From the NCBI GenBank assembly GCA_001724265.1, contig MEDY01000320.1, forward strand, positions 44,075 to 64,074: 20,000 nt of DNA, given 5' to 3'. The notes beneath the pieces were generated by a model. It ran no database searches. It saw only the letters and a program-made list of their open reading frames with translations, and was not told the DNA's origin. Positions 10,401 through 19,999 of the stretch are shown here, piece after piece. This DNA comes from Rhizaria sp. SCN 62-66 (lineage: Eukaryota). The position numbers and the translations under genes are program-made. The first letter of the stretch is position 1. The number at the start of each line of letters is the position of its first letter.

Positions 10401-11437
10401 TCACCGTCACGCTCGCGCTTGCGGACGACTGCGGCGGCGCCGCGCTGCCGCTGCCCGCCGCCGTGCCGCGCGCTCTCTACGCGCTGCTGCTGGCCGCGCT
10501 CAAGCTGCCGTCGACGCAGCCCGCCGCGCTGTCGGCGCTGCTGCCCTACGCAGTCCGCGCGTTCACCGCGGCCGCAGTGTCGCCTGACGCCGTGATCGCC
10601 GCCACATGCCGCGACGGGCTGCAATGGGCGCGCGCCGCGGTCAACCCAGCGGCGCCGCCGCCGTCGCTGCCCGCGGCCACCGTCACCGCGCTCGCCCGCG
10701 CGCGCGCCAACGCCGAGGCCGCGGCCAGCGTCGCGCCCGTCGCCGCGGCCCCCGCGGGCTACGGCTGGGCGGGTGCGCCCAGCGGTGGCAGCTCCATGGG
10801 CGGCTTCGGCATCGACGCCAGTGCGATGGGTGGCAGCAGCGGCTCGCAGGGCGCGGACTCGAGCTTCCCGCTGCACTTGTTCCACTACCAGCGTCTGTTC
10901 AGCTACTGCGACGTCTCCGCCGAGGCTGACGCGGCGGACCGCGCTGCCCCCGCCGCCGCCGCCGCCGCCACAGCGCGCCCGGCGCCCGGTGTGCTGCTTA
11001 AGGCCGTGCCCGCGCCCGGTGTCGCCACTGCTCGCCCCGCTTCTGCCACCTCCGCCGCCGCTTCTACTGCTGCTGTCACGAAGACTGTCACTGCGCCCGC
11101 TGTCACGGCAGACGCTGTTGCTCACGCGGCCGCTGCGCCGGGCGTCATCGAGCGCATGGACGACAGCAACACCGCCGATGCTGCTGCAGTCACCGTCGAC
11201 GCCGAGCCCGCTATCTCCGCGGCAGCCGTGGCAGCTGACGCTGCTGCTGCTGCGTCGTCGGGACCACTGGAGACGATCAACGTTGATCTTGGCGGTGACG
11301 CCGACGGCAGCGACGCCGAGGGCGCAGCTGCGGGAGGTGAGACTGAGGACTTTGCCGCTCCGGTCGAGATGGTGATGGGCGACGACGACGTTGACGTTGA
11401 CGCGGATGAGTCCGGCGCGGGCCTCTGGGCCCTGTGA
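7490..11437 (+). CDS. PELP1: PELP1/Rix1-like pre-rRNA processing (rixosome) scaffold protein, 1315 aa
   Basis: RIX1-domain-like N-terminus (WLARVVALVRS..HQAVGLRYL...LLTQGAIWARLLI...AALQTLLLLLDRSTLWPDVWRVVS, from 7727). LPQLQLEALALLRTLIAAAGRALLPY (from 9434) resembles PELP1 LPSIHLEALDLLSALILACGSRLLRF. Basic NLS-like NRRRAKKARK at 9914-9943. RALYALLLAAL...AVRAF...VIAATCRDGL..ARAAVNPAAPP (about 10468-10665) resembles PELP1 RELYCLLLALL...ALQAF...VSSFCSEAL..CAALTHPRVPP. Acidic disordered C-tail; Kozak-like GCCATG; TGA stop. Confidence 0.85.
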   Translation: MSVRVGTSGLPAGTPSVTSPSHAILASLVDQDDASLVSHADHLLKLFADLSMMSLAHHSTLSSSSPAAAGASANQLLARWLARVVALVRSPTASHQAVGLRYLAAAIRGADHPVLLTQGAIWARLLIAAAHPPANGPLTPTQSTVAALQTLLLLLDRSTLWPDVWRVVSSAGSSKLVTLTVAAVNALLPAAPASAAAAPVVYLAELPAVLSLPSPAVAALVFQLLGVLHDCFARRALQPAFRAQTLAVEAVCWRCADVASDLVWLPAPAAGDAADAAALLGGGFTVRALAARVLALLPHAQVSLKNVQTQLTQASQLRSSHHAAGSGAGAGAAQGGATVSPLSQCFSATPVPVVLTAATLPVCFDRVRATSAFSADDADDDATGGYGGGDEDPSSHATGAAPVSSGLAASASAASAAAAAAGLTGALSSLTNPWSFSARRALATLSALLTSRLPASALAGAAFTPVAAAAATLHGIEPLPLSALPPGAGLSSAAAVAARASSVFALLRFLLTAQPAAAPLALGDPAVAAALAAADAASAGQGQGHGAGAGAGAGGVSGTAMNALAVTGLNTTGAGKFSSNTTSAAAAAALAGAVLPLPSTTFTGAFPLYEALSLLQGVLSLEPLPTAGAAGAGLADAARLSPLAFATVLPQLQLEALALLRTLIAAAGRALLPYARSVALWLTAFIAATASTPAAASLGSSASANALVQIPASSVASPLWRARLRTSAFACAAALVTALGVATLRTALVSRALPSALADAAVAVTRALAAAREASRSGAGAALLGVAATGASASADAGDDDGPGSAARNRRRAKKARKLELLASLPTASMGSTGKSTEQSGRNGDNVKRGKAKAADDDSDDDSDDDDDEDDAAARAAEAAREAESAAQRASGGHGIAVSQNVLAATLRDLAQYRVSPTGTPARSFGSDADAVASHAAVVAALGFLTAVVRSPAAASVLSLDERAAIDCTLLTVTLALADDCGGAALPLPAAVPRALYALLLAALKLPSTQPAALSALLPYAVRAFTAAAVSPDAVIAATCRDGLQWARAAVNPAAPPPSLPAATVTALARARANAEAAASVAPVAAAPAGYGWAGAPSGGSSMGGFGIDASAMGGSSGSQGADSSFPLHLFHYQRLFSYCDVSAEADAADRAAPAAAAAATARPAPGVLLKAVPAPGVATARPASATSAAASTAAVTKTVTAPAVTADAVAHAAAAPGVIERMDDSNTADAAAVTVDAEPAISAAAVAADAAAAASSGPLETINVDLGGDADGSDAEGAAAGGETEDFAAPVEMVMGDDDVDVDADESGAGLWAL

Positions 11438-11771
11438 CGATGCCGGCTTGACAAAGACGTGCTGTAAGCTCTGATGCATTAACATCTTTGAATTAAAGGA
11501 TGGCCACGATCATCATGTGAGTTCTCCCTATCACGAATGTACGTATTATTATAAATTGAGAACCCACTTGGCCAAAATACACTCTTTACTTTTTCATAAC
11601 ACATGTTCACCTTTTTTCTCTAACACAGTTTGAAATGACATGTACATGTAGTTGTATTGTTTTAAATAGTCATTTTTTTTTGTTTAAAATATACACTGCG
11701 TAAATCGTATTGAGGGTTAGTCTCATCCTAAATGAAATACCCTGACTAATCACTTCACGAAAAGCTTCACT
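11438..11771. other. Convergent intergenic / 3'UTR region
   Basis: Very AT-rich 334-bp spacer between two stop codons. ATTAAA near 11492, poly-T tracts and TGTA elements. Confidence 0.75.
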
Positions 11772-14700
11772 TTACGGTTGCATTGAGCGCCGCTGCTGCG
11801 GGCACACGTACTCGGCGAGAGATCCCACCAGCACGGCGGGCTCCGCTCCGGGCCAGAAACTCAGCGGCTGCCCGGGCGCCGGCGCGCGCCACCACCCATG
11901 GTTGCGGTCAAGCCTGCCGTCGCGGCCGTCATCGGCGTCGGCGTCGTCGCAGTCAATGTCGCTGTCGCCGTCGATGGCAGCGCCCCACAGCGCGGCCAGG
12001 CCGGTGTTGGACGCGCTCGGCGCACCGGTCCGCGGGGTGCTCTCGGCCGCGAGACACGCGACCGCGGCGCCCAAGCCCCGGACGCCCGCATCCACGGCCA
12101 CGTCTACCGCGCTTGCATCTGCCCCAGCGGCATCTGCCCCAGCGGCATCTGCCTCAACGGCGGCTGCCCCAGCGGCGGCGTCGGCGGCGGCGGCACAATC
12201 GCGGTGAGGCACCGGCATTGCATCACTCGGCGGTCCTGAGCGCACGAGATCAAGCGCGGGTTTGTAGATGGGCGCGACTTCGAGACCAAGCAGCGGGGCC
12301 GCATCGGCGGGCTGGCAAGCGTTCTTCCGCAGCAGCTGGGTCAACGCGCGCGCGCTCGACGCCGCTGCGGTGACAGTGGACGGGCGCGCCGTGAGCAGGA
12401 GCAGCACACGCCACGACGACGCGGGCGCACCGGCGGCCTTGGACTGCAGCGCCAGCAGCCGCGCGGCGAGGCGCAGCAGCAGCACGGGCGGCAGCGCGCG
12501 CCACGCGTCGCAGTGTCGGTCGTGCGGGACCGTCGACTGCTCGTCTGCGTCGACTGCAGCGGGGGGCGCGGCGCGGCGGAGGAAAAGCCGGTTTGCGGCC
12601 GCGGTCTCGAGCAGGAACAGAGAGCGCAGCAGACGCTTATCGGAACTGTTCATCGGAACCTTATCAGACTCGGATGCGACAAGCGCGTTCGCAAGCGGGT
12701 CGGCCTCGACGGGCGCGCCAGCAGCGACGAGCGCAGAGAGCGTGTGCGCGACACCGGCGGCGCTGCTTGCCGCGGGGGGCGGGAGCGCAGCTTCGTTGAC
12801 AGCAATCTCTTGCTCGGGATCGGGCATAGACTCGAACTTAAGCGCAGCGGGGGGCTTGGCGGGCTCGGTCTGCGCAGCCTGGGGCTCATAAGCGGCAACT
12901 ATACTGGAGCTCGGCGTGGGCACGCCCTCCACTGTGGGTGTCTCGGCGACAAACACAGTCAGGGGAGCCACGCCCTCCCTTGCATCGCACTCAGCTGCCT
13001 CAGCGGTCTCAGCGGCCTTGGAGGCTTGGGAGACGCCCACTTCCGGAAGAGCGGCCTTGACGTCTCCGTTAACGCCTTCCTGTAGGTCTGCGCTATGATC
13101 GCCGTGGGCACGATAAACAGAGCCTTCTTGCGGCTCAGCATCGTGATCGTTCTTATCCTTAGCAGCCGAAATAGTGCCCTCTTTCGAAGGCGAACCCTCT
13201 TGCGGCCGAGAAGGATCAGCAGTCAAAGGGCCTAAGTCCTTGCCTTCGAAGGGTTCAGCAACGAGACCAGCCTTCTTGCCTGAGTACGTGCCTTCGAGGG
13301 GCTCAGGAGCAAGGCCAGCCTTCGCAGCGACTTCAGCGGCCTCAGCGGCTTCAGCGGCTTCAGCGGCCTCAGCGGCTTCGGCGGCCTCAGCGGCTTCAGC
13401 GGCCTCAGCGGCTTCGGCGGCTTCGAAGGCGCTAACGCCTTCCTGTGCGTCGATGGTATGATCACCGTGGGCAGAATTGCCCTCAAGAGGCTTCTCCGGA
13501 GCAGGATCGCCGTGAGCAACCGAGACAGTGCCCTCTAACGGCTCAGCAGCAATGTGATCGAACTGCGCACGGGCTTGTTGCCCGCTTGACGCATCGACGA
13601 CCGATGCGCCGCAAGAGGATGAGGAAGAGGATGAGAAGGTCTCGGACACCGAGGGCATGCCTTCCTGTGTAACAGCGGCGATCATCTTCTCCGCAGTCGC
13701 AGCAAGTGCTTTCCCCTCACCGTCAGCTTTACCTTCAGTGACAGCCTGACCTTCAGTGACGGCCTGGCCTTCATCGGCAGCCTTGCCTTGAGTGACGGGC
13801 CCATTGGACGTCGCGGCGTCGGCGCCAGCGGTGGCGGCGGCGTCGGCGTCAGAGCCCGCGTCAGCGGCCTCACGAGCTGGGGCGGCCGCAGGCGTGTCGC
13901 CCGAGTGCACACGCTCGCATTCGCGCTCGCACTCGCGGTCTGCGGGCACAGTCGCGGGCGGCAACGGCGAGAGGCCCGTGCTGGTGGCGGCCGACACGGC
14001 GCGCGACGTCCCCAGCGGCGCCGGCTGCAGCGCTGCGGGCGCGTCGGGCAGCGGCGAGAGCTGGTCCGGGCTCGTGCCACTGCTGCTGCTGGCGCCGCTG
14101 CCGTCGCCGCCGTTTGTAATCGCGGGGAGGACCTCTACGGGGGCGGGGCGCGGCGGCAAGGACGAGGATGCGGACGCGTCAGCAGCGGCGGAGGGAGAGG
14201 TGGAAGGAACGCCCGCCCGCAGCCGCGGCTGCGGCTGGCTGCCGGTGGCAGCAAGCTGCACGGCGGCGTTCTTCGCTTCGAGAGCACCGTCGGCAGCAGC
14301 AGATGCAGCACCAACAGCGACGGCGGCGGTCGCGACGGCGGTCGCGGTGTTCAAGGCGGGCGCGTCGCTGCTGTCAGACGCAGAGAGGTTGAGGCTCATG
14401 CGCGTATCGCTGTCGCTGCCGTTCAAGCTGCTGCGGCGGTGCTCCGAAGAGCTGTGTCCCAGATCAGGCGCCGTGACGCCAGCGACGGCGTCGGCGTCGT
14501 CATCGGCGCTGGTGCGGGGGCCGGTGACCGCGGGCGCGGCGGCGGCCATGGGCTGCTCTGAGGGGGGCGTGGTGGAGCGCGAGTTGAGGGCCTGCGCCAG
14601 CGCCAGCGGCGGCGGCAGCGACGGCGGCAGCGGCAGCGGCGGCGGCGAGGACGACATGGCCGGCGCCAACGACAGCATCTGCTGATGTTGCTGTCGTAAC

Positions 14701-17700
14701 TGTTGCTGTTGTTGTTGTTGTTGCTGCTGTTGCTGGAGGAGCAGCTGCTGCTGCTGCTGTGGCAGCACCGGGTGCGGCGGCGACGAGCCCTCTGCCGCGG
14801 CGGCCGCGGCGGCCAGCGGAGGCGCCGGCGTGCGGCGCGCCGACCCCGGCACCGCTGCCGTCACGGCCGGCGTCGACCAGGCACTTGCACCGCCCGGGTT
14901 GACGTTCACGCCAGCGTCGAGCATGTTGTCGTACTCGCGGCACGTCGTTGAGAGCTTTTGACCCGCGCGCGCGATGGCGCGTTCGGCGAGCGCGGCGAGC
15001 CAGCTGCCAGGGTCGTCTTGCGTCATCGCGAGGACCGCCGCCTTGTAGTCATCGTCGTCATCGTCCTCGTCATCGTCGTCGTCGTCGTCGCTGACGTCGT
15101 CGCTGGCGTCGTCGGCCCCGCTGTCGGTCTCGCCCGCGCCAGGCCCGTGCGCCGCCGCGGCCGTGGCGGCGACGAGCGCGGCCGCAATCGCCGCGGGCTC
15201 GGCCGTGGGCGGGCAGCCGCGGGGCGGCGCCGCCGAAAGCCGCGGGCGCGGGTAGTCCGGGTGCAGCACGCGGCCCAGCTCGGGGTTCCACTCCACCATG
15301 GGCACCAGCGGGAGTGGCGCGCGGAGGGCCACGCAGGACAGCGAGAGCGTGCCCGCGGCGCCCATGTGCACGGGCGGCAGCGCCGCGGCGCGCGCCTGGC
15401 CCGTGCGCAGCGCGGCGAGCAGCGGGCCCGCCAGCGGCGTGTGCGCGTGCACGTGCAGCGTGAGCGCGAATGGGGACACCACGTCACGGCACAGGCGCAC
15501 GCCATCGGCACGGGCGCGCACAAGCGCGTACACGGGCGACTGCCGCAACTGCACGTGCAGCGCGCGGACGAAAACGGCCATCGCCTTGGCGGCCGCGGGG
15601 GACGTCTCGGACAGGTCGAGCGGCGCGGCGGCGGCGGCAGAGGCCGCGGCGGAGGCCGAGACCAGCGCGGCGTCTATCGGCGCGAGTTGGGCCAGCGCCG
15701 CGGTGGGCGCCGCGAAGGGCGAGACGCTGGCGTCGTCCACGGCGGCGCTTGCGGCCGCGGCGGGGACGGAGCCCGCGGCGACGGCGGCAAAGCGGCCCGC
15801 CCCGCGCGGCGTCGCCATCTGCAGCCTTCCCGCGCCCGCCGCCGCGAGGGCCGCCGCAGAGGGGTCAGTTTGCAGCAGCGCGGTGGGGGGCTGCGGCGTG
15901 GGAGGCGTAAACCGCCGGTCCGCCGGAGACTGCAGCGGCGGCGACTGCAGCGGCTGCAGCGGCGCCAGCGCGGGCGACGGCGGTGCTGTACCGTGACCGT
16001 GACCGTGAGGGTGCGCGTGCGCGACCGTAGTGACCGTGCGCACGAGGTCGACATCATGCTCCAGCGACAGCGTCCACCGCTCCACAGGCACAGTCACGTA
16101 GTACGATGGATGCGCCCACGGCAAGTCGCACACATACGCCTCCTCGGCCACGCCGGCCGCGGCGGTCGCCGCCGACAGCGCCGTCGCAGCGGACTGCGCG
16201 GCCGCAGCAGCGGTGGTGGCAGCGGCGGCCAGCGCGGCGTCTCCGGGCGCGTTGGCAGCTGCCGCGGCGGCGGCCTGCGCGGCGGCGTTGGCGGCGGCGG
16301 CGGCCTCGAATGCCAACGCGCGCCGCGCGGCCGCGCCGAGCGCGTTCGCGGCGCGCGCGAGGTCCTGCACGTGGCGATTCATGCTGTGCACGGAGCGCAT
16401 GATGTGCAGCGTGATCGTGATGTCGACGCTCCACTGCGCGCGCGCGGGCACGAGCGCGGAGGCCGACGCCACGGCCAGCCCAGCGGCCGCGGCGGCGCTG
16501 CCGCCGCTATTATTGCCGCCCCCGCTGCTGCCCGCGCCGGCGCCTGCGCTGCTGTGCGCGTCGCCAGCGGCCAGCAGGGGAAGCGGCTCTGCGCCCGAGC
16601 CCGCGGCGGCGGCAGCGACGGTGCTGGCGATCGCGGCGCCCGCGGCGGCGTTGGCGACGGCCGTGGCGGCCGTGCGGAGCCAGGGTACGTTAGGCAGCAC
16701 GAAGTCGAACCCGCGCGACGTGGGGACGCGGCGCGTGGAGAGCTCGGCGTACCGGTCGCGCAGGTTGTGAAAGCTCGGGTGCGGCGCCGCGAACGCGGAC
16801 GGGTCCGCCGGCGAGGGCCACAGAGCGGCGCTGCTCGGCGCGGCGCTCGCGGTCGCGCGCGCGCCGCCGCCGCCGCTGCCGCCGCTGGCTGTCGAGACCG
16901 AGAGCGCAAGCGCCGCCGAAGACCCAGCGGGGACGGTTGCGCGGTGCGGCAGCGACGCCGGCAGCGTGTTACTGCTGAGTCCCACGGTCACCCCGCCCAC
17001 GGTCGCGGTGGCGGCGCCGTTGGACGGGGACGGGGTGGGCGGGGCCGCGGCGAAGGAGCTGGCGAGCGAGTGCTGCAGCGACGACGCCTGCGCGGGGGAC
17101 ACCCTAAACCGCGGCGGAGGGCCCGTCTGGCCGTGGAACGCGGGGCCATGGCGCGGGGAGACGGGGTCGAACAGACGCGCGTGGGCAAGCATCATCGCTA
17201 CCTTGACCATGGCGGTCGCGGCCAGATCGGAAACAAGCGGCCGCCGCTCAGGATGGCGCAGTGTGGCCACCACGGCGGCCGTCGCGGGCGCGGGCGCGGG
17301 CGCGGGCGCGGGTGCGGACGCGGGCGCAAGGGCAAAGGCTGAGGGCGCGTAACCGGGACCGGCACCGACGCTCTGGGGGAACCCATGCGTTCCGTGCGTG
17401 CCGTGAGTACCGTGGGTAGGCGTGGGCGCCGCGGGCGACGGCGACACAGGCGGCAGAAGCCCCGCCGCGGCGGGCGACAACATCGCAAGCAGCCGTGGCG
17501 AGCCCGCGGCGCCCGCGGCGGCGCCAGTGAGTCCGAGGCTGCTTACGCCAGGACCGCTGACGGCGCCGCTGAGGCCGGTAGTCGGCAGCGGCGGCGTGGG
17601 GGAGTACGGCTGCTGTGTGCAGCCCCCCTGAGGCTGAGGCTGAGTCGGGGGCTGAGACGAATGAGACTGCGACTGCTGGGCGAAGACGATGCTCCCGCGT

Positions 17701-19911
17701 GTCATCTGGTGGTGAAACGGAGAGCTGGTCTGAGCGTGAGAAGGGGAGCGGCTCAGCAGCGACACACCGTAGCCCGCCCCCTGCTGCTGTTGTTGTTGCT
17801 GCTGTTGCGGCGGCGGCTGCTGCTGCTGCTGCTGCTGATGCTGTTGAAACTGCGGTTGTAGCAAGGACGGCCGCCGCTGGGCCTGCATCGGAATTGGAAC
17901 TGATGAGGCGTCAGCGCGCCGAGGCTGCGGCGGCAGCTGCTGCTGTGCCTGAGTATACTGCTGCTGCTGCTGCAGTTGCATCTGGTTCTGATACTGCTGT
18001 TGCTGCTGCTGTAGAGGATCACCCGACATCTGCATCTGCTGTTGTTGTTGCTGTTGTTGCTGCTGTTGCGGGTCAAGCGCAAGCGTGTCCGCGCCCGTCA
18101 TCAGCGGCGGCGCCGCCACGGGCTTGGCGGGCGCGAAGTCGGGCGTCTGCGCCACGAACCGGCTGAAAACAGGCTGTGCACGCTTCAACGCGGGCCCCGC
18201 ACCGGGAATGGCGGCGCCGGACTGCTGACCGCCGACGCCCCCGCCGTGTGTGGGCGTGTAGGGCTGCGGCGGCAGCTGCTGCTGCATTGCCCGCTGCTGT
18301 TGTTGCTGTTGTTGTTGTTGTGGATTGGGGTGGCCGTAGCTGTGTGCATGGAGAGGGCCTGTGGGCAGCGGCGGCGTGCCCGCAAACATGCCCTGCTGCT
18401 GGTAATACTGTTGTTGCTGCTGTTGCTGCTGTTGTTGTTGGAGCGGCGCTGGAGAAGGCGCCCGTGTCCCAGCCGGCGAGTACACGCTTCCAGCAACCAG
18501 CACCATGCCCTGAGGTCCGCCGAAGCTGCTGCTGCCGCCAGAGGGAGTACTCCAGTGCTGCTGCATGCCCTGGCCCTGGCTGAAACCATGACCTAAGCCT
18601 TGATTGGCGTTGGGAGTGGGCGGGAAGCCTGTGCCCGCGCCGTTGCTGTTGCCGTGGGCGGGCGACTGCGCCGCAAAGGCCCCCGCCACAGACGCGGAGC
18701 CTGCTGAATGCGCACCCGTGGAGGACGGCGCGCCCGCGGCGTTGGCCCCAGAGGGCGGCAGCGGCGACTGTGAGTGCACGAGGGAAAGCACCGGCGCGGG
18801 CGGCAGCGCGTGGCCACCGCGCACTGACTGCTGCGGCTGCTGCTGTTGCTGCTGTTGTTGTTGTTGGGGGAGGAAGTGGGATGAGTCGCCCCCGGGGCTC
18901 TGGTTCAGGCCCTGGTTCGGACCTTGCTGTTGTTGCTGTTGCTGTTGCTGCTGGTTTTGCTGCTGCAGCTGTGCATGGAGCCCCGACGGCGCGCCGGATG
19001 GGCGCGGGTACTGCTGCTGCGGCAAAAACTGCTGCTGTTGCGGCTGAGGGAATTGTTGTTGATGCACGTGACGCTGCTGCTGCTGCTGCTGTTGCTGTGG
19101 CAGCCCAGAGTGCGCGTGTGCGAGCGAGCCCGTGAGCGAAGAGGGCCCCGACGGCATCAACGGCGGCGTCCGACCTTGGCCCTGGCCCTGGCCCTGGCCC
19201 TGGCCCTGGGGCTGTAGCGGCTGCGGCTGGTGCATCGGCGGGTGCTGGTGTTGATACTGCGGCTGCTGCTGTTGGGGACGCTGCTGCTGCTGCATTTGCT
19301 GCTGTTGCTGCTGGAGCAGCAGCTGTTGCTGCTGGTACGACCCGGGCCCCATCGGCCGCGGCGAAGACGCCGGCTGCGGCTGCAGCTGTACCTGCCCTTG
19401 GATCTGCATCTGCTGTTGTTGTTGTTGCTGTGCTTGCTGCTGCGGTGAGTATTGCTGCTGAGACTGGAACTGTGAAGCCAGGTTCGGAGACGAGCCAATG
19501 CGCGTCATCCCACCTTGCTGCTGCTGAATCTGCTGCTGTTGTTGCTGTTGTTGCATGTGCATCATAGCACTGGCGCGCGCGGCATCGACGCTGAACACCG
19601 GCGCCCCAGCCCCAGCCCCAGCCCCAGCCCCTACCCCAACCCCAGCGCCAGCGCCAGATCCAGCGCCAGCGCCAGCGCCAGAGCTAGGGCCAGTTGTTGC
19701 GCTCGAGCCGGTGGTTACGCCGGGGCCGCCTCCTACTGAGGGGGGCAGACCGCCCGCGGGCCGCACTGCGACGCCGCTGAACTGCTGCGTCAACGCGCCG
19801 GGCTGGAGAGCAGTGCTTAACTGATGCAGCGCGCTCGGCGGCTGCGAGCCGAGGCTGGAGCCCTGGGGACGCAGCGGCGGCGACGCACCTTGCTGCTGCT
19901 GTTGTTGTTGC

Positions 19912-19999
<88 letters not shown>

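Noticed and set aside
9629-11485. 618-aa minus-strand ORF antisense to the PELP1-like gene, and the many other overlapping 60-370 aa ORFs
   Set aside because: Shadow or alternative-frame ORFs with low-complexity translations; the conserved motifs lie only in the four main frames.
13332-13421. Tandem repeat as a possible CRISPR-like array
   Set aside because: 9-bp head-to-tail coding units without unique spacers.
14958-17342. 794-aa plus-strand ORF antisense to the ATG13-like gene
   Set aside because: Arg/Gly-rich shadow of GC-rich Ala codons; no motifs; stop codons are rare at this GC content.
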